Source: Patescibacteria group bacterium (GTDB lineage Bacteria > Patescibacteriota > Patescibacteriia > Patescibacteriales > UBA12465). Taken from it: a DNA stretch of 64,000 nt. The notes under the pieces are model-generated. The model was given only the letters and a program-made list of their open reading frames with translations. It was not told the DNA's origin and did no database searches. The stretch covers positions 292,213 through 356,212 of the forward strand of contig JAQUAK010000001.1 in assembly GCA_028687275.1 (NCBI GenBank). Direction: 5' to 3'. The position numbers were made by a program, and so were the translations under genes. Shown in pieces: positions 36,146 to 47,160 of this stretch (positions are counted from its first letter, which is position 1; every line of letters starts with the position of its first letter).

Positions 36146-36598
36146 ATGAATAAGTTTTATCACAATATAATTTCGGCGCTACTTATTGTTGCGGTCTTAC
36201 CGATGATAGGAGTTTTTTGTTTTTCTCAACTTGAAGCTAACGACTTGGGTGTAAATAGCGAGACTACTATCTATGATGATGCTTGTATGCCTCACGAACT
36301 TGAGGCTAGCAATAATTTGGCTTTAGCTAAACCTATGGTGGCAATGCCAATGCCAATGCTTAGCGATAATCAAGAGACTGATAAGAAAAGCAATACTTTA
36401 CTACCTTGTTGTCAGGAGGGTGGCAGGGCTCAAATAGCCAATTATAATAATTTAAACCGTCTTGATCATATAGTGTTAGCAATGATATTTTTTGTTACGG
36501 AGGTAAGTTATCAAAATACAGAGTCTATTATATATCACGCTCCTGATATTTCTCCGCCAGCCTTAGTGGCTCTACAAACAACAGTTTTGCGTCTATAG
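36146..36598 (+). CDS. Hypothetical membrane-anchored protein with Met-rich and CC motifs
   Basis: KPMVAMPMPML and LLPCCQEGG. Sits at the head of the copper cluster. Confidence 0.45.
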   Translation: MNKFYHNIISALLIVAVLPMIGVFCFSQLEANDLGVNSETTIYDDACMPHELEASNNLALAKPMVAMPMPMLSDNQETDKKSNTLLPCCQEGGRAQIANYNNLNRLDHIVLAMIFFVTEVSYQNTESIIYHAPDISPPALVALQTTVLRL

Positions 36599-36670
36599 AG
36601 GATTATTATTATTTGATCAGATATTTGATCAAGCGTTTTTTCTACGTTATATAATAATAATTCTTTTTTT

Positions 36671-38488
36671 ATGTCTAATAATAAGTATTTACATGTGTTT
36701 GTAAAGGGGATGCACTGCCGTTCTTGTGAAATATTAGTTGAAGATAAGCTTAAAGAGCTTAAACGAGTTGAGTCAGTTGATATTAATTACAAGACTGGTG
36801 AGGCTACTCTTAGTTATAAGGGGGTAAAACCGACTGAAGCTGAAATTAATCAAGCTGTTTGTGCGGCTGGCTATGAAATTGGTCGTCCGGAAAAATTACC
36901 CTTATTCAGTCGGGATCGCAAAGAATATATAAACCTAGGGGCTGCTTTTATTTTTCTAATTGCTGCTTACTTTATTTTTAAAGGCTTAGGCTTGGGAGAT
37001 ATTAATCTTGGTAGTAGTTTAAGTAGTCCTAGCTGGGGCTTAATTGTCGTTATTGGTTTAGTGGCTGGTTTTTCTACTTGCATGGCTTTAATTGGCGGCT
37101 TGTCTTTAGGCTTATCAACTAAGTTTGCCGACAATCATCCTCAGGCTTCAGCCAAGGAAAAGTTTAGACCTCATCTTTTCTTTATTTTAGGGCGCATCTT
37201 GTCCTACGCTTTTTTAGGTGGAATTTTAGGGGTCTTAGGTACTGTTTTCCAGTTCTCATCTTTAGCTAATGGTATTTTGACTTTTCTGGTTGGCCTAGTG
37301 ATGTTAGTTATGGGTTTACAGCTAATAAATATTTTACCGCGTTTTAGTAAATACAAATTTACTCTACCAAAAAGTATCAGTCGCTATTTAGGAGTTAGCA
37401 AGAATAAAAAACAATATAGTCATAAACAGGCGATGATTTTAGGGGCAATGACTTTTTTTCTGCCCTGTGGCTTCACCCAGGCAATGCAACTCTATGCGGT
37501 TAGCACTGGTAGTATTATTTCTGGTGCTTTAATTATGGCTCTATTTGCTATAGGTACAGCCCCTGGTCTTTTAAGTATCGGTGGCGTCACGGCTTTAGTG
37601 AAGGGAACATTTAAAGAAAGATTCTTTAAGGCGGCTGGTTTGGCGGTAATATTTTTTGCTGTTTTTAATTTCAATAATGCCTATACTTTAGCTAGTCTTA
37701 GTTTAGGAAAATTAACAGTAGCTCCAGTGGAGGCTCAAGTTAAAGTGCTTGATCCTAATGTTAGCTTAGTAAATGGCGTTCAAGTAGTTAAGATGGTGGA
37801 AAATAATCGCGGCTATTCACCTAGTAATTTTTCAATTCAGAAAGATGTCCCGGTTAAGTGGGTCATTGATGCTCAGGCTCCATATTCATGTGCTAGCTCG
37901 CTAGTGATGCCTAGTTTAGGTATTAAAAAGAATTTACAGTCTGGAGAAAATGTAATTGAATTTACAGCAACAAAGGTAGGCAAACTCAGTTTCTCTTGCT
38001 CAATGGGCATGTATACCGGCTATTTTAATGTCTATGATGCTAGTGAAAAAAATAATATAAATAGTCTTAAAAATGTTTCCGTTGCTACTCCCTCATCAAG
38101 TTCTGGTAGTTGTGGGTCGGCTGCCAGTAGCTGCGGCAGTGGTTGTGGTTGTGGTGGGAGCGGCGCTCCGATTGAAACTGATAAAAAAATAACCCCCGCG
38201 TCCACGGAAGGAAAAGTGCAGGTGATTAAAACAAACTATACTTTAGAGAGTGATATTCAACCAAATAACTTTACCATTAAAGTTGGGCAACCAGTTCGTT
38301 TTGAGATTACCTCTGATGACGACGGCTCGGGTTGTATGGCCGAAATTGCGGTTCAAGGCTTATATACCAGGCCCCAGCTCTTACAGGCTGGCAAAACAGT
38401 GGTAATGGAATTTACACCGCAGAAGCGGGGCTCTTATTTAATAGTCTGTGCTATGAATATACCTCGCGGAAAAATAACTGTTGAATAA
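36671..38488 (+). CDS. HMA domain / DsbD_2 (TauE-like) permease / two cupredoxin-like domains fusion protein
   Basis: GMHCRSCE metal site. TM Cys motifs GFSTCMAL and FLPCGFTQ. Cys/Gly/Ser linker SSSGSCGSAASSCGSGCGCGG. Two PF13473-like C-terminal modules. Confidence 0.7.
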   Translation: MSNNKYLHVFVKGMHCRSCEILVEDKLKELKRVESVDINYKTGEATLSYKGVKPTEAEINQAVCAAGYEIGRPEKLPLFSRDRKEYINLGAAFIFLIAAYFIFKGLGLGDINLGSSLSSPSWGLIVVIGLVAGFSTCMALIGGLSLGLSTKFADNHPQASAKEKFRPHLFFILGRILSYAFLGGILGVLGTVFQFSSLANGILTFLVGLVMLVMGLQLINILPRFSKYKFTLPKSISRYLGVSKNKKQYSHKQAMILGAMTFFLPCGFTQAMQLYAVSTGSIISGALIMALFAIGTAPGLLSIGGVTALVKGTFKERFFKAAGLAVIFFAVFNFNNAYTLASLSLGKLTVAPVEAQVKVLDPNVSLVNGVQVVKMVENNRGYSPSNFSIQKDVPVKWVIDAQAPYSCASSLVMPSLGIKKNLQSGENVIEFTATKVGKLSFSCSMGMYTGYFNVYDASEKNNINSLKNVSVATPSSSSGSCGSAASSCGSGCGCGGSGAPIETDKKITPASTEGKVQVIKTNYTLESDIQPNNFTIKVGQPVRFEITSDDDGSGCMAEIAVQGLYTRPQLLQAGKTVVMEFTPQKRGSYLIVCAMNIPRGKITVE

Positions 38489-38495
38489 TAAATAT

Positions 38496-38711
38496 ATGAA
38501 AACAATTCACTTTAAAATAAAAGGATTAACTTGTTCGGCTTGTGTTAAGCTGGCTAGTAATCGCTTAAAAAAAATACTGGGGGTGGAAGTGGTTGATATT
38601 GATTTAGATACAGGACAGGTTAGTCTTAGTTATAATGGTAAAATGTCAATTGAACTTTTGCGTCAAAGCTTAGCGGACACGCATTATTCAATTGAAGAAA
38701 TAAATATATGA
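38496..38711 (+). CDS. copZ: Copper chaperone (HMA domain)
   Basis: GLTCSACV metal-binding loop. ATG at 38496 preferred over the TTG at 38481. Confidence 0.8.
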   Translation: MKTIHFKIKGLTCSACVKLASNRLKKILGVEVVDIDLDTGQVSLSYNGKMSIELLRQSLADTHYSIEEINI

Positions 38712-41407
38712 AAAAAATATTATTAGATATCAAGGGCATGCACTGTTCGGCTTGCGAAACGATTATTAGTGAAGATTTAGCAGAGTTAGAAGGAATAACA
38801 TTACTATCTATTAAGCATAAAACAGGCAGGGCTGAGTTATTGCTTGATGAACAACAGAATAATATTGACTCAATTATAACTAGTGTTAAACGGTCTGGTT
38901 ATCAGCCCAAGCTATTTTCTAGTGAGGATAATAACAGTCCTACTTTCAGCGCTGAAGCGGGAGAAATTAGAAAATTAGATATAGATAAAAAAGAAGATTT
39001 AAATAATATTGCTAAGCAAGAGCGAATTAATCTTTCGCTCTCGGGTATGCATTGTTCCTCTTGCGCTAATCTGATTGAACGCAGTTTAAATAAGACTTTA
39101 GGGGTGAGTAAGGCCAGTGTTAATTTTGCGGCCGAGAAAGTTTCAATCTTCTATGATAGAAACAAGGAGCAGCCAGAGTCTTTGATTCAGGTGATAGCTA
39201 AAGCTGGTTATAAAGCTGAATTAGTTGATGAGAAGGACCGTGATTTTGATTATCGGAAACGTCAGCATGAAACAAAAATGTATTTTAGGAAATTTATTAT
39301 TAGTTTAATTTTAAGTTTGCCTTTGTTATATTTCATGGTTCTAGATTTTGTGGCTTTGCCGGGCAGTATGGTGCTGATGCCTTATATGGGTCTAGTTTCT
39401 TTAGTTCTGACTATTCCTATTCAATTCTATATCGGCGCTGGTTTCTATCGGGGGATGTGGGCAGCTCTAAGGATGAAAACTTTTAATATGGATAGCTTGG
39501 TGGCCATTGGTACCTCTACCGCTTTCATTTATAGTTGTGTTAACTATATTAGTTATATAGGACAAACAGGTTCACTAATTGGAGTAGGCACTAAGGTTCC
39601 AGATTTATATTTTGAAACAGCCGCCTTTTTAATTACCTTTGTGGTCTTAGGTAAATGGCTAGAAATACGAACTAAGGCTAAGACGGGGGATGCAATTAAG
39701 GAGTTGATGGGGCTACAAGCTAAAACGGCGCGAGTAGTTAGAAATAAAGAAACGCTCGATATTTCCGTAGATAAAGTGTTGCACGGTGATCATATTATTG
39801 TTCGTCCGGGTGAAAAAATTCCAGTTGATGGCAAGATTGTGAGTGGCAGCTCAGCCGTTGACGAGGCCATGATTAGTGGTGAGAGTCTACCTGTAGAAAA
39901 AAAGCTTGGCGATTTGGTGATTGGGAGCACGATTAATAAGTATGGTAGCTTTGAATTCGTAGCTACGCGTATTGGTAGTGAAACGACTTTAGCTCAGATT
40001 GTAAAATTAATTGAAGATGCTCAGGGTTCTAAGGCCCCGATTCAAGGCATGGCCGATCGTATTGCCTCGGTGTTTGTGCCGATAGTTATTGGTTTAGCTC
40101 TTTTGACTTTTTTTGTTTGGTTTGTATTTTTAGGAGCTAGCTTATCTTTTGCCTTAATGGCTTTTACCTCCGTAATTGTAATTGCTTGCCCCTGTGCTTT
40201 AGGTTTAGCAACCCCCACCGCTCTTATGGTGGGAACTGGCCAGGGGGCAGTCAGGGGAATTCTTATAAAAGGTGGTGATCCCTTGGAAGCAGCTAGTCAT
40301 ATTAATACAATTATTTTTGATAAGACTGGAACGCTAACCAGAGGGAAGCCGGAGATTACAGATATTATCACCCTTGATCGTTTAAAGGAGGCAGAAATTT
40401 TACTTATAACGGCTAGTCTAGAAAAACTATCAGAACACCCTCTGGCTGAGGCTATTTATAATCGGGCTAGGCTTCAAGGCATCTCTTTGCAGAAAGTCAA
40501 TAACTTTTCCGCTATCTCCGGACATGGTGTGCAGGGAGTAATTTCTGAGACTGAATATTTTTTTGGTAATCGTCGTTTAATGACAGAAATATTAAAGCAT
40601 GATATCAGTTCTATTAATGCACAGCTTGGCGCTCTTGAGCTGCAAGGGAAGACGGTTATGGTGTTAGCTGATAAGAATAAAGTCTTGGGGGCAGTGGCGG
40701 TGGCTGATACAGTTAAGCCGACTTCAGCTGAGGCGATAGCTAAGCTCAAGAAATTAGGTCTAGAGGTCTATTTAATAACTGGTGATAATGAAAGAACGGC
40801 CAAGGCGATTGCGGAGCAAGTAGGGATAGAGAGTGTTTTAGCCGAAGTTTTACCTCAAGATAAGGCTAGGGAAGTAAAGAAATTACAAGCCAATAATCAA
40901 AAAGTAGCAATGGTGGGTGATGGTATCAATGATGCTCCCGCTTTAGCTCAGGCTGACTTAGGCATTGCCATGGGTTCAGGTACCGATGTGGCTATAGAAA
41001 CAGGGGGCATTATTATTATGCGCGATGATTTAAACGATGTTGTTACCGCTTTTAAATTAGCCAGAGAAACTATGGGCAAGATTAAACAAAATCTATTTTT
41101 TGCTCTTTTCTATAATGTAATTGGCATTCCTATCGCCGCCCGTGTTTTTATGTCTTTTGGCTTAATCTTAAAGCCAGAGTTAGCTGGTTTAGCTATGGCC
41201 TTTAGTTCTATCTCGGTGGTTGGTAATTCTTTGTTGTTGCGTTATTTTAGGCCAAACAAAAAGAATTATTTATCTATTGCTGCCCCTTATATAATGATTC
41301 TTATTTTTACCTTTGCCTTCTTTGAATTTGCCAGATTAAGTGTCGGTATCGAAAATAGGGATCAACAAGCAATGCCGGTGTCAGTAGGCACTGTCCCGAG
41401 ATTGTAG
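38708..41407 (+). CDS. copA: Copper-translocating P1B-type ATPase
   Basis: Two N-terminal HMA domains ([16 protein letters not shown]). CPC in TM6. DKTGTLT and GDGINDAP. Confidence 0.93.
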   Translation: MKKILLDIKGMHCSACETIISEDLAELEGITLLSIKHKTGRAELLLDEQQNNIDSIITSVKRSGYQPKLFSSEDNNSPTFSAEAGEIRKLDIDKKEDLNNIAKQERINLSLSGMHCSSCANLIERSLNKTLGVSKASVNFAAEKVSIFYDRNKEQPESLIQVIAKAGYKAELVDEKDRDFDYRKRQHETKMYFRKFIISLILSLPLLYFMVLDFVALPGSMVLMPYMGLVSLVLTIPIQFYIGAGFYRGMWAALRMKTFNMDSLVAIGTSTAFIYSCVNYISYIGQTGSLIGVGTKVPDLYFETAAFLITFVVLGKWLEIRTKAKTGDAIKELMGLQAKTARVVRNKETLDISVDKVLHGDHIIVRPGEKIPVDGKIVSGSSAVDEAMISGESLPVEKKLGDLVIGSTINKYGSFEFVATRIGSETTLAQIVKLIEDAQGSKAPIQGMADRIASVFVPIVIGLALLTFFVWFVFLGASLSFALMAFTSVIVIACPCALGLATPTALMVGTGQGAVRGILIKGGDPLEAASHINTIIFDKTGTLTRGKPEITDIITLDRLKEAEILLITASLEKLSEHPLAEAIYNRARLQGISLQKVNNFSAISGHGVQGVISETEYFFGNRRLMTEILKHDISSINAQLGALELQGKTVMVLADKNKVLGAVAVADTVKPTSAEAIAKLKKLGLEVYLITGDNERTAKAIAEQVGIESVLAEVLPQDKAREVKKLQANNQKVAMVGDGINDAPALAQADLGIAMGSGTDVAIETGGIIIMRDDLNDVVTAFKLARETMGKIKQNLFFALFYNVIGIPIAARVFMSFGLILKPELAGLAMAFSSISVVGNSLLLRYFRPNKKNYLSIAAPYIMILIFTFAFFEFARLSVGIENRDQQAMPVSVGTVPRL

Positions 41408-41515
41408 AATTGAGAATCTTTTAGATAATACAGTCGCTCTAATTAGGGAGGCTGTTTTGTTGGTCTATGCTATAATATTAATGTTATTTACTTATTGAAA
41501 TGAGTGCGTAATTTT

Positions 41516-41947
41516 ATGAATTATCAAATCCGAGAGCTACAATTGCAAGATTTAAGTAATGAGTCTTTTTTTCAAACCCTATCTGCTCTAAGGGCGGTGA
41601 AAGATTTAACACCAGCTTTGGCGGAAGAGATATTTAAGGGTTGTAAGGCTAAGGGGATTGAAACATATGTGCTGGTGGATGATAAGAAAATAGTGGGCAC
41701 TATTAGATTTTTATTTGAAGCAAAATTTTATCATCAGGGTCGTTTAGCTGCTCACATTGAAGATGTAGCTGTTCATTCTGATTATCAAGGCAAGGGAATC
41801 GGGAAGACGCTAATTCAGTTTGCTATTAAGCATTGTCAAGAAAGAAATTGTTATAAAATAATTTTAGACTGCAATGACTCCTTGTTAGAATTTTATCAGA
41901 AGCAAGGCTTTGTGCAGCATGAAAACTGCTTACGCTATAATTTATAA
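41516..41947 (+). CDS. GNAT-family N-acetyltransferase
   Basis: VAVHSDYQGKGIGKTLI acetyl-CoA-binding motif. Confidence 0.8.
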   Translation: MNYQIRELQLQDLSNESFFQTLSALRAVKDLTPALAEEIFKGCKAKGIETYVLVDDKKIVGTIRFLFEAKFYHQGRLAAHIEDVAVHSDYQGKGIGKTLIQFAIKHCQERNCYKIILDCNDSLLEFYQKQGFVQHENCLRYNL

Positions 41948-42024
41948 GTAAGCAAATAGAGGTTAAAATTAAAAAAGTCATCTTTAAAATAGATGACTTT
42001 TTTTAATTTAGATTAAGTGAGATT

Positions 42025-42468
42025 TTATTTATCTTTAACTAGGGCATCGCGAATCTCTTGTAATAATTTTATCTCCTCATTCGGTTCCTTAGGGGCTGGG
42101 GTAGCCTCTTTTTCTTCTGGTTCAGCTTTGCGAAATTTGTCTTTCACTTTTAGTAAAACTTTTATCATGATGAAAACAGAGAAGGAAATAATTAAAAAAT
42201 CAATAATATTTTGTACAAATATACCAGCGTTCAGACTTAAGGCGGCTCTTATAATACTGCCATCAGCGGCTAACTCAGCGGGACGTAAAATAATTTTCCA
42301 GGCACTAAAGCTATTGCCGCCAGTGAATAGGCCGACTAGGGGCATCACAATATCGGCTACCAAGGAAGAGACAATTTTACCAAAAGCACCACCGATAATA
42401 ACGGCAGTGGCCAAGTCAACTACATTACCCTTAATAGCAAACTTTTTAAATTCTTCTAAAAGTTTCAT
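42025..42468 (-). CDS. mscL: Large-conductance mechanosensitive channel
   Basis: EFKKFAIKGNVVDLATAVIIGGAFGKIVSSLVADIVMP. Confidence 0.9.
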   Translation of the reverse strand: MKLLEEFKKFAIKGNVVDLATAVIIGGAFGKIVSSLVADIVMPLVGLFTGGNSFSAWKIILRPAELAADGSIIRAALSLNAGIFVQNIIDFLIISFSVFIMIKVLLKVKDKFRKAEPEEKEATPAPKEPNEEIKLLQEIRDALVKDK

Positions 42469-42648
42469 AAAATTAATGTTTATTTATCTATATTTTAATA
42501 TATTTATGCTTATTTATCAAATTTTAACTTAATATCAGCCACGCTAATAACTTTTTAAATGATTCAATTATTAGTTAGTTGACGGTAATATTATTTGCTG
42601 ATATTCTAAATTATCATATAAAATAGCACATTTACAAAATTGATAAAC

Positions 42649-43254
42649 ATGGAAATTAAGACAAATGATTTTGAATTAAAGCCGGTTGAAGCTTTATATT
42701 TGCTTAGTTTAAGTAAGCAAGAAATCTTCAATGCTAAAAATGCCCTAACTGCGATTATCGCGTATTTGTTCGAAGAGCAAATTCTTAACCTTAAACATGG
42801 CGGCATTAAATTAACCAAAAGAGGCTACGAGTTAAAAATTAATAGCCATTATTTGGATTCAATTGAGAGCGCAGTGAGCTGGTTTATTCACACCGATGAT
42901 CATGAGCGTATTTTCCCGTTTATAGTTATTTTTGATTTCTCTAGTTCTTTATTAAGGAAAAAGATGATTGTTAAAGAAGAAAAAAAACTTTTTCATTTTT
43001 TATCTTTTTCTAGAAATAAATTTGCATTGAGTAGATTAGGCGAGGAGCGTGTTAGTTCACTCCTTAAGCTAAGGGATGATATTATTACTCATAATAAGGT
43101 TCCTGATATTGCTGTTATCAGCATCTTTCCTTCAATCCATTTTCGGCTTAGTCATAAAAACATGACGGCGATAAGGCATTATGTACAAAAAACATTTACC
43201 GCCTATCGGAAAAGAGTGAAATCAGCCTGGCTTAATCCTGGTCAAAATAGCTAG
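42649..43254 (+). CDS. Hypothetical protein
   Basis: ATG at 42649 preferred over the TTG at 42640. No motif recognised. Confidence 0.5.
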   Translation: MEIKTNDFELKPVEALYLLSLSKQEIFNAKNALTAIIAYLFEEQILNLKHGGIKLTKRGYELKINSHYLDSIESAVSWFIHTDDHERIFPFIVIFDFSSSLLRKKMIVKEEKKLFHFLSFSRNKFALSRLGEERVSSLLKLRDDIITHNKVPDIAVISIFPSIHFRLSHKNMTAIRHYVQKTFTAYRKRVKSAWLNPGQNS

Positions 43255-43366
43255 TAGTTTTTAAGCATTAGAAAAAATGCCGCCGCTTGTTAAATAAAAT
43301 GAGCGGTTTTTTTATTTTTCGTTTATTATCTGTTATAATTAAAAGACTATAAACTAAAATTTAATT

Positions 43367-44755
43367 ATGGCTTTGCATAAATTTCCGGTACCGCCGCGTT
43401 TAAAGAAGATGATCGGTCCGAGTTTTATTATTCTAGCTCTCGGTCTTGGCTCTGGTGAGATTATTTTATGGCCTTATTTGGTCGCTAATTACGGTCTAGG
43501 CGTGGCTTGGGGGGCAATTCTTGGTATTACTTTCCAGTTCTTTATTAATATGGAAATTGAGCGCTACGCCTTAGTGAAAGGTGAAAGTGTTTTTGTAGGT
43601 ATTGCCAAGCTTTTCCCTAAGGCTGTTTATTGGTTTATTATTTCTACTTTTATCGGTTTTGGTTTGCCTGGCATTGTGGCTGCGGCCGCTCAAGTTCTAG
43701 CTCATGTCTTTGGCTTAGCTGATTTTAAGTGGCTAGCCATTGGCTTATTATTAGTCATTGGTGTTATCTTAACGATTGGTCGCACTATTTACGGCATGAT
43801 GGAGCGTATTACTAAAATAATTTTATTAGTAGGTGTGCCTTTTATATTTATACTAGCTATTTATTTTGGTAGTGCTGAGAGTTGGACTGTTTTAGCTGGT
43901 GGTATTATTGGCAAGGGTGAAGGTTTCTGGTTTTTTGCCCCTGGAATTGCTATCGCCACCTTTTTAGGTGCCTTTGCCTATTCAGGCGCAGGCGGAAACT
44001 TGAATTTAACTCAGTCAATTTATGTAAAGGAAAAGGGTTACGGCATGGGTGCCTATGCTCAAAAAATTACTGGTCTTTTTGCTAAAAAAGGGGAGCGACC
44101 GGAGATTAAGTTAGCTGGTGAAGATTTTGAAATGAATGCTAGAAATATTAGTTTGTTTAAAAAGTGGTGGCGTTTGATTAATTGGGAACATTTTCTGGTT
44201 TTTTGGTTTATTGGGAGCTTATCCATGCTGATGTTAATGTTTTTAGCTTATAACACTGTTTTTGGGCAGGCGGACAATACTCAGGGAATTAATTTTGTAA
44301 TTAGTGAAGGGGCTCATATGTCTCTATTAGCCCATCCTCTAGTTGGTCTTATCTTTTTGATTATGGTAGGCATTATGCTTTTTCAAACTCAACTGGGTAT
44401 TATGGATTCCACTAGTCGTATTATGTCGGAAAATACGGCTATCAAAAAGTTGAGCAAGAGCGGTGATAGCCGCATTAATCTTTCTAAAATTTATTCAATT
44501 TTTGTTTGGGCACAAATTGCCTTTGGCACTACCTTATTCTTATTTAATTTCTACGAACCTAAGACCTTAATTGTTCTAGGAGCGGTAATTAATGCTTTTG
44601 CCATGTTGGTGCATGTTATTTTAGTGACTATTTTAAACCGCCGTTCATTAGCCAAGGTTTTTCAACCAGCCCTATGGCGACAGATAGTTCTATATATAAT
44701 TATCGCTTTTTTTGCTATTTTTAGCTTTATTGTTTTGAAAAGCCAAATTTTCTAA
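43367..44755 (+). CDS. NRAMP-family divalent metal transporter
   Basis: About 11 TM helices. LGLGSGEIILWPYLVANYG and MDSTSR motifs. Confidence 0.78.
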   Translation: MALHKFPVPPRLKKMIGPSFIILALGLGSGEIILWPYLVANYGLGVAWGAILGITFQFFINMEIERYALVKGESVFVGIAKLFPKAVYWFIISTFIGFGLPGIVAAAAQVLAHVFGLADFKWLAIGLLLVIGVILTIGRTIYGMMERITKIILLVGVPFIFILAIYFGSAESWTVLAGGIIGKGEGFWFFAPGIAIATFLGAFAYSGAGGNLNLTQSIYVKEKGYGMGAYAQKITGLFAKKGERPEIKLAGEDFEMNARNISLFKKWWRLINWEHFLVFWFIGSLSMLMLMFLAYNTVFGQADNTQGINFVISEGAHMSLLAHPLVGLIFLIMVGIMLFQTQLGIMDSTSRIMSENTAIKKLSKSGDSRINLSKIYSIFVWAQIAFGTTLFLFNFYEPKTLIVLGAVINAFAMLVHVILVTILNRRSLAKVFQPALWRQIVLYIIIAFFAIFSFIVLKSQIF

Positions 44756-44821
44756 ATTGATTTGTTACTTTTATTAAATTTGAACGTTATCTCTTATATA
44801 ATATTAATTAATTTAAATTTT

Positions 44822-45559
44822 ATGGAAAAAAATCAAATTATCTTACCTATTGTGGCAATTTTAATAGTGGCTGGAATCGCTGCTACGGCTATTGTTATGA
44901 ATGATCGTAGTAATGATCAAGATCGCTTTACTGTTAATGGTTCTGGGGTTGTTTATGCAAAAGCTGATATTGCCAACATCACCGTTGGCTTACAAACTGA
45001 AACCAGAAAAACCGCTGCTGAAGCTACGGTTGAGAGCACTGATAAGATGAATAATATTATTACTGCTTTAAATAATTTAGGAATTGAGGAAAAAGATGTA
45101 AAAACTACTAATTATAATTTAAGTCCAATTTACAGCTGGCTGGAAAATAAAGGACAGGTTTTGCAGGGTTATCAAGTTTCTCAAAATGTGGATGTAAAAG
45201 TACGTGATTTATCACAAATTGGTGATGTGATTGCTAAAACAACCGAGCAGGGAGCTAATCAGGTCGGTAATATCAGTTTCACTATTGATGATGAGTATGA
45301 ATTAAAAAATCAAGCCCGTGAATTAGCTATTACTAAAGCTAAAGAAAAGGCACAGATGATTGCTGACCAAGCTGGTATGAAATTAGGTGAAGTTAAGGGT
45401 GTTTATGAAGTTAATAGTGAATATCAGCCAATGCCTATGTATTCTAATGCGAAAATGGAAATGAGTGCTGATAGTGTTGGCGGTATTGTTTCTCCAAATA
45501 TTCAAAGTGGACAGAATGAAATTAGAGTTGAGGTTTCATTGAGTTATGAGATTAAGTAG
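44822..45559 (+). CDS. SIMPL/DUF541 periplasmic protein
   Basis: ATG at 44822. Typical SIMPL strings (NYNLSPIY, GYQVSQNV, ARELAITKAKEKA). Confidence 0.72.
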   Translation: MEKNQIILPIVAILIVAGIAATAIVMNDRSNDQDRFTVNGSGVVYAKADIANITVGLQTETRKTAAEATVESTDKMNNIITALNNLGIEEKDVKTTNYNLSPIYSWLENKGQVLQGYQVSQNVDVKVRDLSQIGDVIAKTTEQGANQVGNISFTIDDEYELKNQARELAITKAKEKAQMIADQAGMKLGEVKGVYEVNSEYQPMPMYSNAKMEMSADSVGGIVSPNIQSGQNEIRVEVSLSYEIK

Positions 45560-45585
45560 AAAAATATAGATTTATCAATAAAAAA

Positions 45586-45615
45586 ATAGGGTCGAATTAT
45601 CGATCCTATTTTTTT
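45586..45615. terminator. Bidirectional terminator
   Basis: ATAGGGTCGA/TCGATCCTAT stem flanked by A and T runs. Confidence 0.65.
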
Positions 45616-45625
45616 AACTAATCCA

Positions 45626-46201
45626 TTAGGCTAAATATTTAATTACTCTTCCTGACATTTTTTCTAATCGTCCTTTATTTTCCTCCAAATGACGAGCACT
45701 ACCGAAGAGGAAGCCTTTAGTTTGCATGCCACAAAATTTGAGAGTGTGTTTTAGTAAGACTTTAAGGGATGAACTTCCAGTAAAGAAGTGGGTGTAGACA
45801 CTTGGCCCGCTACAGGTTGTAAAAGCAGCTGCCCGTTTGCCTTTTAATAGGCCGATAGGTAGGCCATGTTTATAAGTAACACCAAAGCCACCAGTAAAGA
45901 TTCTGTCTAAGAAACCCTTTAAAATAGCGGGCACATTCTGCCACCAAGTTGGATAAATAAAAAGTAAACGATTAGCTCCTTTAATTTTAGCTTGGAGGGC
46001 TAAATTTTCTTCAGAGATGGCTTTGCGCCCAGAACTATATAACTCCTCGTTTTTTAGAACGGGATTATAGTTTAGTTGATATAAATCGATTAATTCATAA
46101 TCAGTAGCTTGTTTTTTTAATTTATTTTCTATTTGCTCTAAAAAATAACCGCAATGTCCTTCGCGGCTAGGATGAGCGTAGATTATAAGAAATTTTGACA
46201 T
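45626..46201 (-). CDS. Flavodoxin-like-fold NAD(P)H (quinone) oxidoreductase
   Basis: FLIIYAHPSREGHCGY and LFIYPTWWQNVPAILKGFLDR. Confidence 0.75.
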   Translation of the reverse strand: MSKFLIIYAHPSREGHCGYFLEQIENKLKKQATDYELIDLYQLNYNPVLKNEELYSSGRKAISEENLALQAKIKGANRLLFIYPTWWQNVPAILKGFLDRIFTGGFGVTYKHGLPIGLLKGKRAAAFTTCSGPSVYTHFFTGSSSLKVLLKHTLKFCGMQTKGFLFGSARHLEENKGRLEKMSGRVIKYLA

Positions 46202-46346
46202 AGACTGGATAGATATTCCTAGCTGGTTAAAACCAAAAAAGATAAATCTTATTATTATATATTTGTATGGTAGCGAATAGTGACTACTTGTGTCAATAAG
46301 GATATAATGCTATAATTTCTTTACTAAAAATTAATTAATTACGTAT

Positions 46347-47024
46347 ATGAAACAAAAATATTTAATCTTTGTCTTAGTGATAGGTTTGCTTGCTTTTACA
46401 GCTTGCACGAGTAATTATTATCCTAATGAAGAAAATAATAGTTCAGAGAGTAATGAAAATAATCAGATTATGGAAATTGAAGATAATCAAACTACTTTAG
46501 TTTCCGGTGATTATCAAATCAATTCGGCTGACTCTAAAATGACCTGGTATGGTTATCGTCTGGTTGGCAACAATCATAGAGGTGTCATTGACATTAAAAG
46601 TGGGTCTTTGCAGGTTGTCGATGGCCAATTAAGTGGGGGTGAGTTTGTTATTGATATGGCCTCTTTAAAAAGCGATGACGACATTGAAGCTTTAGAAAAT
46701 CACTTAAAGGGAGAGGATTTCTTTAATATTGCTCAATATCCTGAAGCTAAATTAGTGATTACAAACGTGCTGCCTGTTGCTGAGCCTGGCAGTTATCAAG
46801 TCGAGGCTGATTTAAGTATTAAAGATGTGACTGCTCCTATTAATTTCATGGCTCAGCTTAGCCAGACGGCTAACACCTTAGAAGCAAACACTGAATTATC
46901 AATTGATCGTACTATTTGGAATTTGCAGTATGGTTCTGGTAATTTTTTTCAAGATTTAGGCGATAAGGTAATTAGTGACGATATTGATTTTACAGTAGAC
47001 TTAAAGGCAAATTTAGTTAATTAA
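46347..47024 (+). CDS. YceI-family lipoprotein
   Basis: Lipobox LLAFTAC. YceI beta-barrel strings (HRGVIDIKSGSL, EFVIDMASL). Confidence 0.78.
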   Translation: MKQKYLIFVLVIGLLAFTACTSNYYPNEENNSSESNENNQIMEIEDNQTTLVSGDYQINSADSKMTWYGYRLVGNNHRGVIDIKSGSLQVVDGQLSGGEFVIDMASLKSDDDIEALENHLKGEDFFNIAQYPEAKLVITNVLPVAEPGSYQVEADLSIKDVTAPINFMAQLSQTANTLEANTELSIDRTIWNLQYGSGNFFQDLGDKVISDDIDFTVDLKANLVN

Positions 47025-47160
47025 ATTGTATTAGCTAAAAAATCATTTAGATAATAGGAAAAGGGGCCCGGTAATTAGCCTCTTTTTCTTATTAATGCTC
47101 TAGTATTTTTTTCTAATTTCTGTTAATCTAGGGGAGAATTATTAAGAATTATCAAATTAT

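Noticed and set aside
42017-42532. 171-aa plus-strand ORF overlapping mscL
   Set aside because: It is entirely antisense to a clearly recognisable MscL sequence and has no motif.
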